Shown here in pieces: positions 24,372 to 34,642 of a stretch of DNA of 64,000 bases. The stretch is taken from the IMG/VR virus record IMGVR_UViG_2939121850_000001; one strand, given 5' to 3'. The notes beneath the pieces were generated by a model. That model was not told the origin of the DNA. It made no database searches and saw nothing but the letters and a program-made list of their open reading frames with translations. The DNA is from a virus. Its lineage: Duplodnaviria; Heunggongvirae; Uroviricota; Caudoviricetes. Position 1 is the first letter of the stretch. Each line of letters begins with the position of its first letter. Both the position numbers and the translations under genes were made by a program.

Positions 24372-24593
24372 TCAGATAATGGTTTTAAGTAAAGTGTACA
24401 GGATCGGCTCTGCCTTTACCTGTTTATGGTTCTCGTCATAGAAACGCCAACGACCGCGACTGCGTTCTATTTTTTCTTCACCGCGCGATAATGACAGTTG
24501 ACAACTATCACGATCAAACCCTTTTGCCCGCCAGTAACCACGATTTTTCTCAAGCTCAAGATGAGTGGACACTTTAGCAGCTGAATATCCCAT
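24372..24593 (-). CDS. candidate small basic protein (73 aa) immediately upstream of cre
   Basis: ATG with RBS aggtg 7 nt upstream; stop 8 bp before cre ATG; lies in the cre promoter region. Confidence 0.3.
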   Translation of the reverse strand: MGYSAAKVSTHLELEKNRGYWRAKGFDRDSCQLSLSRGEEKIERSRGRWRFYDENHKQVKAEPILYTLLKTII

Positions 24594-24690
24594 TTTTCAC
24601 CTCTGATTGATTGGTGGTGCTAAGTGCGCTACGCGAAATCTGGAGCACTAACACTGCCAACATTTCGCAGATTTTACGTAGCGCAACCTT

Positions 24691-24710
24691 GATCAAATGA
24701 TCAAGTGATC
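24691..24710. promoter_or_regulatory. cluster of three GATC (Dam) sites in cre upstream region
   Basis: gatcaaatgatcaagtgatc. Confidence 0.4.
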
Positions 24711-24782
24711 ACTATTTGACCTGATAAGGTATTGAACTGTATGGATTTACAGGTAAATTAATCATGTTCAATAACCCTTAAG

Positions 24783-24816
24783 ATAACTTCGTATAATGTA
24801 TGCTATACGAAGTTAT
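24783..24816. other. loxP recombination site (34 bp)
   Basis: Exact ATAACTTCGTATA ATGTATGC TATACGAAGTTAT. Confidence 0.98.
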
Positions 24817-24859
24817 TAGGTCTGAAGAGGAGTTTACGTCCAGCTGCGCATAAAAATCA

Positions 24860-24876
24860 ATAATTATTAGAGCAAT
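24860..24876 (-). promoter_or_regulatory. C1 operator (15/17)
   Basis: ataattattagagcaat, reverse orientation; paired with the next operator upstream of coi. Confidence 0.65.
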
Positions 24877-24942
24877 AAATTTTGAGAGAAAAATCCCACT
24901 CCACCAGCCAAAAACTGGATTGTTTTTCATAGTTGTTTGACA

Positions 24943-24959
24943 ATTGCTCTAATAAATTA
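24943..24959 (+). promoter_or_regulatory. C1 operator (16/17)
   Basis: attgctctaataaatta. Confidence 0.75.
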
Positions 24960-25197
24960 TAGTTTTGCCGCCGTTACGTAATACGACTTTGGATTCACTA
25001 TTTAATGTGTCTTCAGCGTTGTAGAGCGGCTCAGAAGGAAATGAGCAAACAGGGAAACCTTATACAACGGCATTACAGCTATGCATTGCTCATCTTACAC
25101 ACAGCGCAATGTTGTTAGATTACCCCAGCATGGATCATGGGTGAAACAGTAGGTCAGAGCTTCAGGCTCTGTGTTGTCAATACAGTGAGGCATAATT

Positions 25198-25407
25198 ATG
25201 GCTTTCATTCAACCAACCATCGACGACGTTAGACATTGCTCTAACGCTTTATCTGTAGACCCTGCCGAAACCGACGCTGCCCGCGCCATTGCTGAACACT
25301 ACTCAAAGATATCCAATCAGGAGTACCGCATCACCCAAGACGACCTGGATGACCTCACTGACACAATCGAATATCTCATGGCAACTAACCAGTTAGACTC
25401 ACAATAA
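25198..25407 (+). CDS. coi: Coi, C1 inactivator (69 aa)
   Basis: 69-aa acidic ORF immediately upstream of c1, downstream of the operator pair. Confidence 0.75.
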   Translation: MAFIQPTIDDVRHCSNALSVDPAETDAARAIAEHYSKISNQEYRITQDDLDDLTDTIEYLMATNQLDSQ

Positions 25408-25423
25408 ATGCACTAATAAATCT
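25407..25423 (+). promoter_or_regulatory. weak C1 operator-like site between coi and c1 (14/17)
   Basis: aatgcactaataaatct. Confidence 0.35.
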
Positions 25424-25517
25424 ATTATTTTTGTTTGATCCCTCTATAATATAGGTCAGTAATGACCGGTTTTCTCAGCCGGGCGTTATTGACCATGTCA
25501 ATTCTGGAGGAGGATCA

Positions 25518-26369
25518 ATGATAAATTATGTCTACGGCGAACAACTGTACCAGGAGTTCGTCAGCTTCAGGGATCTCTTTCTAAAAAAAGCTGTTGCACG
25601 CGCCCAACACGTTGATACAGCCAGCGACGGTCGTCCTGTACGCCCGGTTGTCGTTCTACCGTTCAAAGAAACTGACAGCATTCAGGCTGAAATTGATAAA
25701 TGGACTTTAATGGCGCGGGAACTGGAACAGTACCCAGACCTCAATATCCCAAAGACTATTTTATATCCAGTGCCTAACATCCTTCGCGGTGTGCGCAAGG
25801 TTACAACTTATCAGACAGAAGCTGTGAACAGCGTCAACATGACCGCTGGCCGCATTATTCATCTGATTGATAAGGACATTCGCATCCAAAAAAGCGCGGG
25901 GATCAATGAGCACAGTGCGAAATACATAGAGAACCTGGAAGCAACAAAAGAGCTAATGAGGCAGTACCCGGAGGATGAAAAATTCCGTATGCGTGTACAC
26001 GGCTTTAGCGAAACAATGCTGCGCGTCCACTACATCTCCAGTAGCCCTAACTACAATGATGGTAAATCAGTTAGTTACCATGTACCGCTGTGTGGCGTGT
26101 TTATCTGCGATGAAACTCTCCGTGATGGAATCATCATCAACGGTGAATTCGAAAAAGCAAAATTTAGCCTTTATGACTCCATAGAACCGATCATCTGCGA
26201 CCGCTGGCCACAAGCAAAAATATATCGCCTGGCAGATATTGAAAATGTAAAAAAACAAATTGCCATCACTCGCGAAGAGAAAAAGGTTAAGTCAGCCGCA
26301 TCAGTTACGCGCAGCCGTAAAACCAAGAAGGGGCAGCCAGTAAACGACAACCCCGAAAGCGCGCAATAA
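25518..26369 (+). CDS. c1: C1 repressor of lysogeny (283 aa)
   Basis: 283 aa starting MINYVYGEQLYQEF; matches recalled P1 C1; the operator motif recurs across the window. Confidence 0.95.
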   Translation: MINYVYGEQLYQEFVSFRDLFLKKAVARAQHVDTASDGRPVRPVVVLPFKETDSIQAEIDKWTLMARELEQYPDLNIPKTILYPVPNILRGVRKVTTYQTEAVNSVNMTAGRIIHLIDKDIRIQKSAGINEHSAKYIENLEATKELMRQYPEDEKFRMRVHGFSETMLRVHYISSSPNYNDGKSVSYHVPLCGVFICDETLRDGIIINGEFEKAKFSLYDSIEPIICDRWPQAKIYRLADIENVKKQIAITREEKKVKSAASVTRSRKTKKGQPVNDNPESAQ

Positions 26370-26372
26370 ATT

Positions 26373-26394
26373 ATGCCCGGCATCAACCGGGCAT
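26373..26394. terminator. hairpin after c1 (convergent with antirepressor-like gene)
   Basis: atgcccgg / ccgggcat stem. Confidence 0.5.
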
Positions 26395-26401
26395 TCTTCC
26401 A

Positions 26402-27409
26402 TTATTCAGCCGCCACCGGTTTTAACAAGCCAGCATCGAGCAGTTTACGCGTCAACCACTGTTGGCCTTTCCCCGTTAATTGGGGCGTCAGCCGTATCTG
26501 GTAGCCCTCTTCATCATCCAGCACCACTTCTTTCACTGTGAAATATCCGGCGTTTATGTACTGCTGGAACGGTACATTTTTACGGCCGCCGGACGCTATC
26601 AGAATGCCGTTCTCCCGTAACCAGGCAAACAGCGCATTTTGTTTAAGTCCAACGACCTTTGCAAAATTCCCAATCAGGATCCCCTTAGCCACTGATACCC
26701 GGTCGGCAAAATCGACTTTGGGGGCTGCGGCCACCAGCTGCTGATTTAGCTGATGGGCTTTCTGTTCCAGAAGTTGCTTTTGTTCGGCCAGTTCGGCAGC
26801 CAGGCGGAGGGCTTCTGGGAGTGTCTGGGGGATTGCGATCGGTTGCTGTTCTTTTTGTCGGAAGTAGCTGTCTTCCAGTTTTTCAAAGAATGCCCACGCT
26901 TCATTTGTGTCCACGATCTTAGACATGCGTGCCGCTCCGCGCTCGGCCCAGAGAATTACCTGACTTGTATATTTGCTAACCAAGTGACTAATAGTCACTA
27001 GCCTTTTAAATTCCTTTAATTTTGAACCAGTTAAGAGATAGTAATGCTTACCTTCTTCAAAGCGATCGGGGTTGCGAGACAGATTTTTACGAATATTCGC
27101 TTCATCGGTCCCATACCCCTTAGCAAGAGTCTCAGTTGTCACTACACGCACTCCCAGCCATTCCAGAACGGGAATTTCATCAGGCTGATTTTGAGCAACC
27201 ACCAGCTCTGATTCCTGAACTGAAGGTGCATGAGTTTTTTCTGATTTAACGTTAGTTGCTTTCATTCTGTGTGCCTCCTTGCGTGTTTCGGCTGCGACGG
27301 TTGCGTAATTCAGATGACCCTGTTCGAGCAGGTATTCGCGGATATCAGACAACAGGATACGGTGAACCGCGTTCTTGTCCTTTCTCCGGTAAAGTTGTTT
27401 GGTGATCAT
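26402..27409 (-). CDS. antirepressor-like protein (N-terminal ORF6N-like, C-terminal KilAC-like), 5' end separated by IS10
   Basis: 335-aa ORF; removing IS10 and one TSD copy restores an in-frame N-terminal extension beginning at ATG 28852. Confidence 0.55.
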   Translation of the reverse strand: MITKQLYRRKDKNAVHRILLSDIREYLLEQGHLNYATVAAETRKEAHRMKATNVKSEKTHAPSVQESELVVAQNQPDEIPVLEWLGVRVVTTETLAKGYGTDEANIRKNLSRNPDRFEEGKHYYLLTGSKLKEFKRLVTISHLVSKYTSQVILWAERGAARMSKIVDTNEAWAFFEKLEDSYFRQKEQQPIAIPQTLPEALRLAAELAEQKQLLEQKAHQLNQQLVAAAPKVDFADRVSVAKGILIGNFAKVVGLKQNALFAWLRENGILIASGGRKNVPFQQYINAGYFTVKEVVLDDEEGYQIRLTPQLTGKGQQWLTRKLLDAGLLKPVAAE

Positions 27410-27426
27410 GAAGTAGTTGGCAATAA

Positions 27427-27435
27427 CGCCTGGTA
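27427..27435. repeat. IS10 target-site duplication, left copy
   Basis: cgcctggta, identical to 28765-28773. Confidence 0.9.
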
Positions 27436-28764
27436 CTGAGAGATCCCCTCATAATTTCCCCAAAACGTAACCATGTGTGAATAGATTTTGAGTAAGCAGG
27501 GTTGCAGCCACGAGTGAGTCTTCCCTTGTTATTGTGTAGCCAGAATGCCGCAAAACTTCCATGCCTAAGCGAACTGTTGAGAGTACGTTTCGATTTCTGA
27601 CTGTGTTAGCCTGGAAGTGCTTGTCCCAACCTTGTTTCTGAGCATGAACGCCCGCAAGCCAACATGTTAGTTGAAGCATCAGGGCGATTAGCAGCATGAT
27701 ATCAAAACGCTCTGAGCTGCTCGTTCGGCTATGGCGTAGGCCTAGTCCGTAGGCAGGACTTTTCAAGTCTCGGAAGGTTTCTTCAATCTGCATTCGCTTC
27801 GAATAGATATTAACAAGTTGTTTGGGTGTTCGAATTTCAACAGGTAAGTTAGTTGCTAGAATCCATGGCTCCTTTGCCGACGCTGAGTAGATTTTAGGTG
27901 ACGGGTGGTGACAATGAGTCCGTGTCGAGCGCTGATTTTTTCGGCCTTTAGAGCGAGATTTATACAATAGAATTTGGCATGAGATTGGATTGCTTTTAGT
28001 CAGCCTCTTATAGCCTAAAGTCTTTGAGTGACTAGATGACATATCATGTAAGTTGCTGATAGGTTTCCAGTTTTCCGCTCCTAGGTCTGCATATTGTACT
28101 TTTCCTCTTACTCGACTTAACCAGTACCAACCCAGCTTCTCAACGGATTTATACCATGGCACTTTAAAGCCAGCATCACTGACAATGAGCGGTGTGGTGT
28201 TACTCGGTAGAATGCTCGCAAGGTCGGCTAGAAATTGGTCATGAGCTTTCTTTGAACATTGCTCTGAAAGCGGGAACGCTTTCTCATAAAGAGTAACAGA
28301 ACGACCGTGTAGTGCGACTGAAGCTCGCAATACCATAAGCCGTTTTTGCTCACGGATATCAGACCAGTCAACAAGTACAATGGGCATCGTATTGCCCGAA
28401 CAGATAAAGCTAGCATGCCAACGGTATACAGCGAGTCGCTCTTTGTGGAGGTGACGATTACCTAACAATCGGTCGATTCGTTTGATGTTATGTTTTGTTC
28501 TCGCTTTGGTTGGCAGGTTACGGCCAAGTTCGGTAAGAGTGAGAGTTTTACAGTCAAGTAAGGCGTGGCAAGCCAACGTTAAGCTGTTGAGTCGTTTTAA
28601 GTGTAATTCGGGGCAGAATTGGTAAAGAGAGTCGTGTAAAATATCGAGTTCGCACATTTTGTTGTCTGATTATTGATTTTTGGCGAAACCATTTGATCAT
28701 ATGACAAGATGTGTATCTACCTTAACTTAATGATTTTGATAAAAATCATTAGGGGATTCATCAG
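27436..28764 (-). mobile_element. IS10 (1329 bp)
   Basis: Ends CTGAGAGATCCCCTCATAATTTCCCC (inside end) and CTGATGAATCCCCTAATGATTTTTATCAAAATCATTAAG (outside end, reverse complement); 9-bp TSD. Confidence 0.95.
27449..28657 (-). CDS. IS10 transposase (402 aa)
   Basis: Starts MCELDILHDSLYQFCPELHLKRLNSL; IS4-family DDE transposase. Confidence 0.95.
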   Translation of the reverse strand: MCELDILHDSLYQFCPELHLKRLNSLTLACHALLDCKTLTLTELGRNLPTKARTKHNIKRIDRLLGNRHLHKERLAVYRWHASFICSGNTMPIVLVDWSDIREQKRLMVLRASVALHGRSVTLYEKAFPLSEQCSKKAHDQFLADLASILPSNTTPLIVSDAGFKVPWYKSVEKLGWYWLSRVRGKVQYADLGAENWKPISNLHDMSSSHSKTLGYKRLTKSNPISCQILLYKSRSKGRKNQRSTRTHCHHPSPKIYSASAKEPWILATNLPVEIRTPKQLVNIYSKRMQIEETFRDLKSPAYGLGLRHSRTSSSERFDIMLLIALMLQLTCWLAGVHAQKQGWDKHFQANTVRNRNVLSTVRLGMEVLRHSGYTITREDSLVAATLLTQNLFTHGYVLGKL

Positions 28765-28773
28765 CGCCTGGTA
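28765..28773. repeat. IS10 target-site duplication, right copy
   Basis: cgcctggta. Confidence 0.9.
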
Positions 28774-28852
28774 TATCCCTGGTACTGATACAGGCAGTGT
28801 GCTGTTCAATTGCCTCGATCATCTCTTCACGGGTGACTAATGACGTTCTCAT
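28774..28852 (-). pseudogene. severed 5' end (first ~26 codons) of the antirepressor-like gene
   Basis: ATG at 28852 overlaps stop of upstream small gene (ATGA); frame continues into 27409 ORF after IS10 removal. Confidence 0.6.
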
Positions 28853-29070
28853 AGTCCCTCCTGAGCAGAAGCGTTAACAGGGAGGCACCAGTAACTGAGA
28901 GAATTGCGTGAATCAGTGGAAAAACGGGCAGAGAAAATACATGGGGCGTCAGGAAGCTGAGAGCGGGCCTCATCTTCTGTTGGTGCAATAACGAAGTGAT
29001 AGTGACGTTTTTGGCAGGAGTAAAAGCGCCAGATAAATTCAGGATGAGTTGGGGTAGGGATAGTAGCCAT
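28849..29070 (-). CDS. small Icd-like protein (73 aa), first gene of the antirepressor module
   Basis: RBS ggagg before ATG 29070; coupled to downstream gene; the longer 187-aa ORF in this frame has a low-complexity N-terminus and no RBS. Confidence 0.45.
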   Translation of the reverse strand: MATIPTPTHPEFIWRFYSCQKRHYHFVIAPTEDEARSQLPDAPCIFSARFSTDSRNSLSYWCLPVNASAQEGL

Positions 29071-29234
29071 ATTGGCAGCCTCCTTAGACGTTGGTATGTA
29101 ACCACCGCAGAAGAGACCAATCTTGCTGGCGGTGGACTGTACGGAGTTGGCCTTACTGGCGTCCAAGGTAACCAGCCTACCCGAAGGTAGCCCCATACAG
29201 CCCACCATTGTAGAGGTGTGCGTGTACGCCGATA

Positions 29235-29259
29235 CAAAAAAAGACGCGAGCGGCGTCTG
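29235..29259 (-). terminator. hairpin + T7 run inside the leader of the antirepressor module (possible small-RNA terminator or attenuator)
   Basis: gacgc..gcgtc stem followed by TTTTTTT on minus strand, about 130-150 nt downstream of the C1 operator. Confidence 0.4.
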
Positions 29260-29388
29260 TATCGCCTTAGACTTAAGCGGGAGGCCAATCCCGGCACCCG
29301 TTTTAATGAGGTGCCTGATAAGCATAAACCGAAAATGCCACAAGGCGCAAGAGGTCAGGTTCAATGTAACATCGGTAGCTAAAAAACA

Positions 29389-29405
29389 CAATTTATTAGA
29401 GCAAA
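29389..29405 (-). promoter_or_regulatory. C1 operator (15/17) just downstream of pacB stop, facing the icd/ant-like module
   Basis: caatttattagagcaaa. Confidence 0.6.
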
Positions 29406-29408
29406 TAT

Positions 29409-30893
29409 TCATTCATTAAGCCATGCCAGAGCTTCATCAACCTGCGCTTCGTCTTCGACGCTAAGCCCTTCATCCTGGGGAACATAATCCGCCAGCATAG
29501 CGAAACAATATGTATCCCAATGGTCTGGTGAGTGCAGGTTGAGTTTTTTCTTCATATCCTCCTTACTCATCACCTTCCATTGACCTGCGGAGTTAATCCC
29601 TACAGGGATTTTCGACGCTTCCTCAATAGTTTCATTACCCTTATCCAGTCTCATACGACCAGATTTTACGGCCTCTGCGGCTTGAACATTGGCATAAGCA
29701 CGTTTATCAAAGTACAGGCTCTTATCTTCACGGCTATGCATCTTTTTACCCCAGCGTATACGCTGTACGGTAATACCATAATACTCGTACATCAGATCCG
29801 CCGTTGCTTTACCCAGGCCATCGCCGTCTATCGCTATGGTGATATTGGGGAATCGCTCAGGATTACATTCTGCGAAAATTTTGGCGGCAAGCTGCGTTTC
29901 TGTAACGTCTGTGTATTCCAGCATTCGATAGTTGATTACACGGCGTTTATTTCGCTGGCCGGACACCATCATGATATTGATAACGGACTTATCCCGTCCC
30001 GTACCACCAGCAACGTCCACACATGCAAGCCAGCCCCATCCTTTTGCAATCTTGACTTTCCGCCGCGTTGCACGTTCAACCTCATCACGTCCAAGAAGGA
30101 AGCCATCCTGTGATTTAGGGAATAGGCCGCGTACCTTAATCATGTACATAGGGTTATCACGCCCGCCGTACTCCGCCAGCTTCATTTTGATAAATGCTGG
30201 CGTTACCAACGGTGATTCCTCACTGTTAAGCGTGATCGCCGTATAAACGCCATCAGGGTTACCAGGACGCTTGGCCAGTTTATGGTGTGTATCGTAGAAA
30301 TAGCCGCTTGGGCGTGTAGGCTGTGACAGCAATAAGATGCGGTTATCCTGTCCGGTAAGAGCACCGGTGATGATACCGAAAGCTCTATCACTGACACCGG
30401 AGGCTTCATCGATAATATACAGAAGATGATCTGCGTGTTCACCGGCGAGAGCTTCTTCACTTCCCAGACGAAAGCCCTTCGGTACTACAGTCCATACACC
30501 TTTACCAGTAACCTCATAGAAAGCGGTTTCTGTCAGAACAAAATAATCAGCAAGCCATGGGAAACGGCTGGTGGCAGTAGCCCAGTTTATCTTGATGTAC
30601 TTGAATATACCGGTCATTACCTGCTGAATTTTGTTCGCAACGATAATGGCACGGGCACCTGGATACATGATTATGAACAACATGATCATGATAGAAGTCA
30701 TGTCTGATTTCCCGGTACCGTGACCAGACGAAACAGATGTCTTGCTACCCTGTTCCTGCACAGACTCAATAATCAGATCCTGCTGCCAGGTAGGTGTTTT
30801 GCCGAACAAAACATCAGCGGCAGCAATCCAGTCATAACGATATAGCGCCACCAGCTCGCGCCAACGTGGATCCGTTACGCAACTTCTGGCCAT
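29409..30893 (-). CDS. pacB: terminase large subunit PacB (494 aa)
   Basis: Walker [11 protein letters not shown]; coupled to pacA; size matches P1 PacB. Confidence 0.85.
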   Translation of the reverse strand: MARSCVTDPRWRELVALYRYDWIAAADVLFGKTPTWQQDLIIESVQEQGSKTSVSSGHGTGKSDMTSIMIMLFIIMYPGARAIIVANKIQQVMTGIFKYIKINWATATSRFPWLADYFVLTETAFYEVTGKGVWTVVPKGFRLGSEEALAGEHADHLLYIIDEASGVSDRAFGIITGALTGQDNRILLLSQPTRPSGYFYDTHHKLAKRPGNPDGVYTAITLNSEESPLVTPAFIKMKLAEYGGRDNPMYMIKVRGLFPKSQDGFLLGRDEVERATRRKVKIAKGWGWLACVDVAGGTGRDKSVINIMMVSGQRNKRRVINYRMLEYTDVTETQLAAKIFAECNPERFPNITIAIDGDGLGKATADLMYEYYGITVQRIRWGKKMHSREDKSLYFDKRAYANVQAAEAVKSGRMRLDKGNETIEEASKIPVGINSAGQWKVMSKEDMKKKLNLHSPDHWDTYCFAMLADYVPQDEGLSVEDEAQVDEALAWLNE

Positions 30894-32086
30894 TAATCAT
30901 CATCCCCGTATAGCTTGCGGGTAACTTCTTCGTCTTCCTCCTCGTCTTCGTCCAGGTCTTGTTCCAGCCATGGGTCGTTTGATACACCTTCAGTATCAAC
31001 ATCTCCATAACCGCCTGTATCAACAATATCGGCGATTTCTTCCCTACGCTGCTCAATCCACAATGCGGCATCGGCGCGGCGGTTGGCGGCCCGTTCTCGC
31101 GCAACTTTGTCCAGATCTTCAAGAGAAGGGCCACCGACGGCTGTTTGCCTTTCCTCATCATCGGTATTGGTCTTAGGAGCACGCAGATCGGCTTTGATTT
31201 GCTCCAGCATCAGGGGCGGAACTTTCCCGCCATGCGCCTCGATGAATTCAGCTGCTTCCAGCACTGACCAGTTATTTTCACGCTTTCGTTCGTATGCCAG
31301 TTTAACAATGCCAGCTTGCCCCATAGACAAAGCGTGCTTTTCCGCCTCCCGGCTTTCTTTTCGATAGTTATTCCGGATGCTGTAAATGGTGTTGATCAGG
31401 CTGCTTATCTGCGCGGAACAGCTGTTTAGCATGCTCGCGATACGGTATTCAGGCGGAGTTCCTTCATCATCGTCTTTTTGCTGATCGCGCATTTCCTGAA
31501 CCAAGCGAATACACGTATCCCTGGCGTTCTCCAGCATAAGGAGATGAGAGAGAGACTTTTCCAGAAGAGTGGTTTCCAGAACATCAGCCCCGGACCGACG
31601 CAACATAGCGCGCGCGGCCTTCCGCGCTTCAACGTTATCTATCAGGTAATCGCCAGCTTCGAATTCAAAGCGTTCACCATCATCATCCAGGGTGTCGCGT
31701 TCCAGGCGATCACGTAAGGTCCGGTGGGCGCGGGTGATCACGTCATGATCATCAGAACGATCATTTATGCGCTTATTCTGGCGCTTCGCGTTCTCGACTG
31801 CGGCACTGACAACAGCATTAACTCTTTGTTTTTCAGCCATTTCAGCCACAACGTGATCACCTGCACGTTGATCATTAGCGTGATCAATGATCATGCTTTT
31901 TAGTGGTTTTCTGACAGGCTTATTTGGCTTACGGCTGTCCGCTGTTCCGGTGTCTTCTTTGAATGCACGGAGATAACGACGTGCGGTGTTTGGGTTGAGA
32001 TTAAACTCGGCGGCATATTGTGCGATGGTGTAACCACCATCTCGCGCCAGGCGAGCAAAATTCTTCTTGTGATCGTCCCAGGTCAC
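30893..32086 (-). CDS. pacA: terminase small subunit PacA (397 aa); contains pac site
   Basis: Acidic C-terminus; TGATCA(G/C) hexamer clusters inside the gene. Confidence 0.85.
   Translation of the reverse strand: MTWDDHKKNFARLARDGGYTIAQYAAEFNLNPNTARRYLRAFKEDTGTADSRKPNKPVRKPLKSMIIDHANDQRAGDHVVAEMAEKQRVNAVVSAAVENAKRQNKRINDRSDDHDVITRAHRTLRDRLERDTLDDDGERFEFEAGDYLIDNVEARKAARAMLRRSGADVLETTLLEKSLSHLLMLENARDTCIRLVQEMRDQQKDDDEGTPPEYRIASMLNSCSAQISSLINTIYSIRNNYRKESREAEKHALSMGQAGIVKLAYERKRENNWSVLEAAEFIEAHGGKVPPLMLEQIKADLRAPKTNTDDEERQTAVGGPSLEDLDKVARERAANRRADAALWIEQRREEIADIVDTGGYGDVDTEGVSNDPWLEQDLDEDEEEDEEVTRKLYGDDD
31735..31894. other. pac packaging site
   Basis: Two clusters of TGATCA(C/T/A) hexamers (31735-31764 and 31853-31894), about 160 bp, Dam-methylatable. 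Confidence 0.8.
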
Positions 32087-32172
32087 TTATGCTTCCTTTC
32101 GTATAAAACTCTTTTTGACGCGAGGGTAACGAAAGTCACATGTCAAAAGGCCCGGAACGGGCAAGCAATCAA

Positions 32173-32625
32173 TCAGATACGTGCGGATGTGGCATTACCG
32201 TAATGACGGTGCTGACGGACCACCTTATTGAAAAGTTGACGCGCCATTACCCAAGGCTGGTGCTCCCGGCGTTCCTTTTCGTCCTGCGTCATATAGAGTT
32301 CGTTCTGGAGTTTTTCATCAAACCGGCGCGGAGCGCGGCTGCGGCGAAAGAATTCAGGATTCAGAGAGTGGATCTGAAATCTACGTGGGCGTGTACTGTC
32401 ATCAATCAAAACAGACGAATACTTAGACACAGCGATAGCCTTTAAGCGCAGATAAACATCGCGCTTATCGACATCCAGATGCGGGTATTCCTTTTCAAGA
32501 ATTGCTGCGAGTTCTTTCGCTGATAGAAGAGATTTAGTGCGGATCATGTAATCCGCAATCTCGTACGATGTTATTCGTGAGTGATTTATTTCCATGAAGT
32601 GGCGTCCCTGCCAGTTAAGTAACAT
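32173..32625 (-). CDS. lpa: late promoter activator Lpa-like (150 aa)
   Basis: 150-aa basic ORF immediately upstream of pacA; C1 operator in its upstream region. Confidence 0.6.
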   Translation of the reverse strand: MLLNWQGRHFMEINHSRITSYEIADYMIRTKSLLSAKELAAILEKEYPHLDVDKRDVYLRLKAIAVSKYSSVLIDDSTRPRRFQIHSLNPEFFRRSRAPRRFDEKLQNELYMTQDEKERREHQPWVMARQLFNKVVRQHRHYGNATSARI

Positions 32626-32695
32626 CCTGTCACCTACTGATTAGCCCATGTCAACTAATCAACGTCGAATATAATACCCTCGATTAAAGAAATAG

Positions 32696-32712
32696 CAATA
32701 CATTAGAGCAAT
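32696..32712 (-). promoter_or_regulatory. C1 operator upstream of lpa (14/17)
   Basis: caatacattagagcaat. Confidence 0.55.
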
Positions 32713-32713
32713 T

Positions 32714-33757
32714 TTATCTAACGCTCGACGAGTGACTTGTGATAGCGCCGACTCCAAGCGCGTAATCAAAGAACAATCGTTGATGCATCGCCAGCCTACC
32801 GTGCGTCTTCTCCCAATTATCGCGGTCACGCTCAATATCACGCTGGCATGACTGGCACAGAGGAATAGCATAAATGTCATGCGCGCATAATCGACTATGA
32901 CGAACGATATAAGGCGTAATGTGAGCGCCAGCTCCCGCAGCTCCACAGCCACAGCATGGACGGGAAGCCACAAAATCCATGTACTCGGGCAATTTTAGCG
33001 ATTGAAGTTTTGGTATTTTGAAATGCGCCATGCCAGGGTCGGCGTCAACATCCACAGGGCATACTTTTGCACGCATCGGCGCGGCGCGTTCTTCCATCAT
33101 CTGAACATATGCTGTAGCGCGATCGTCATACGGGCGAATATCCGCCTCTTTCAGAGGTCCGCTATCCTGCGGAGTAGCCTTCATCTTATTTATTGATATG
33201 CGGCAGACTTCTTCCGGCATCAGGTGCATCATGTTGCGCATGAAAGCCCACCAGCACAGCTCCTGAATACTTAAATCATGGCTATTTGAAAGGCCCATTT
33301 CCTGACGGGCGACATCCAGTATCCAGTTAACGCGATTATTGTGCAGCGTTTCTTTCAGCTCATTAAAACCACGCATCCGGTAATGGTTATCGTGATGCCA
33401 GCACAACAACACCGCGCTATTGTCTCGTTCAGCGTGGACAATATGGTTGTCACACCAACTACGATCTGCGGCCTGGCATTGACCCTCTTTCCTACGCAAC
33501 CACGCCACCAGCGCGTCAATTCCACCAATACGGCGAAACAGTTCATCGCTGTTAAAAAACGGCTGCAACGCCTCATTTGTTGCCATGGTTTGCTCGGTAA
33601 CAACGAGTCCGTCTTCCATGTGCTCGATTAACTCACGCGGCACCGGCTCCATAATAAATTTACGGCCAGCCTCCACCAGCTTTCTGACCTCCTGATCCAC
33701 TTTGAACGTGGCGAGGCCAAGCTCTTTCTGTACAAAGGGAGTAATTACGGCTTTCAC
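32714..33757 (-). CDS. pdcB: PdcB-like protein (347 aa) with Cys/His-rich C-terminal region
   Basis: ORF downstream of doc; named by synteny. Confidence 0.45.
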   Translation of the reverse strand: MKAVITPFVQKELGLATFKVDQEVRKLVEAGRKFIMEPVPRELIEHMEDGLVVTEQTMATNEALQPFFNSDELFRRIGGIDALVAWLRRKEGQCQAADRSWCDNHIVHAERDNSAVLLCWHHDNHYRMRGFNELKETLHNNRVNWILDVARQEMGLSNSHDLSIQELCWWAFMRNMMHLMPEEVCRISINKMKATPQDSGPLKEADIRPYDDRATAYVQMMEERAAPMRAKVCPVDVDADPGMAHFKIPKLQSLKLPEYMDFVASRPCCGCGAAGAGAHITPYIVRHSRLCAHDIYAIPLCQSCQRDIERDRDNWEKTHGRLAMHQRLFFDYALGVGAITSHSSSVR

Positions 33758-33784
33758 ATCACACCTTTAATCACTGATTGGGCT

Positions 33785-33985
33785 TTATCTGCTGCCCGGC
33801 ATTCTCTGTTTAAGCACAACCATTTCCTGACGGCATAACACAGCAATAGCGGTCCTGGCACCAATTTGCTTACCAACCAGGTATTGCTTTACCTCGCGGC
33901 GACTCACGCCATCAAGAAGCATCTTTAACGCTTCACGGGACAACTTGTTGTATTTACGTGCCATTAATCTACTCCGCAGAACCAT
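33785..33985 (-). CDS. pdcA: PdcA-like small protein
   Basis: Small basic ORF directly after doc. Confidence 0.4.
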   Translation of the reverse strand: MVLRSRLMARKYNKLSREALKMLLDGVSRREVKQYLVGKQIGARTAIAVLCRQEMVVLKQRMPGSR

Positions 33986-34349
33986 ACAATCTACGTAACG
34001 TGTCGGCGACAGAAGATACAGATATCTCGCCAGTCGCAGCGCCTACAGTAAGGTCTGCCAGTTCAGGTGAATCAAATACCTGCACCCCGTTACGGCGTAG
34101 AAATAACAGCGCACTGTTTAGCGCGGTACGCTTATTGGCATCATTGAATATATGCCCTCTCGCTGTAGCCACCAGGTAGGTGGCGGAGACTTCGAAAAGG
34201 TCGGTGATCTCTTCGTAGGCAACTCTGGCCTGAACTCTCCCGATAATGGCCTCTGCCCTACCCGGATCTGACATTCCCGGCAGGCCGCCGTAGCGGTTTA
34301 TATTCGCATCATGAAGCGCAATAAGTTCTTCCGGTGATATATGCCTCAT
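33969..34349 (-). CDS. doc: Doc toxin (126 aa, Fic-fold kinase)
   Basis: 126 aa starting [17 protein letters not shown]; overlaps phd stop. Confidence 0.95.
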   Translation of the reverse strand: MRHISPEELIALHDANINRYGGLPGMSDPGRAEAIIGRVQARVAYEEITDLFEVSATYLVATARGHIFNDANKRTALNSALLFLRRNGVQVFDSPELADLTVGAATGEISVSSVADTLRRLYGSAE

Positions 34350-34570
34350 TATCGGTTAACCAGTTCCTTGTTGGTGGAGTCCAGGGTGTCAAACAGGGAT
34401 GCAAATTCAGCATCCAGCGCCGCTTTTTTGTAGGCTTCGAAAGTAGCCTTGCTGACAATTACTGCTGGCTCACGGCCTCTGCGGGTGATTTCAACCTCTT
34501 CCCCGGCTTCAACATTGTTGAGCACTTCAGAAAGGTTGCCACGCGCGGTACGGAAGTTAATGGATTGCAT
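34349..34570 (-). CDS. phd: Phd antitoxin (73 aa)
   Basis: Starts [39 protein letters not shown]. Confidence 0.95.
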   Translation of the reverse strand: MQSINFRTARGNLSEVLNNVEAGEEVEITRRGREPAVIVSKATFEAYKKAALDAEFASLFDTLDSTNKELVNR

Positions 34571-34642
34571 AAACACCTCGTGTACTCGTTATGTGTACAC
34601 AATTATAAACTTCACAGGCATAAAGCACCAGCACTTTGCAGC

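Noticed and set aside
28849-29412. 187-aa ORF and overlapping 156-aa ORF (28827-29297) upstream of IS10
   Set aside because: N-terminal two-thirds is low-complexity with no RBS and overlaps the operator/leader; only the C-terminal 73 codons, with an RBS, are kept as a gene.
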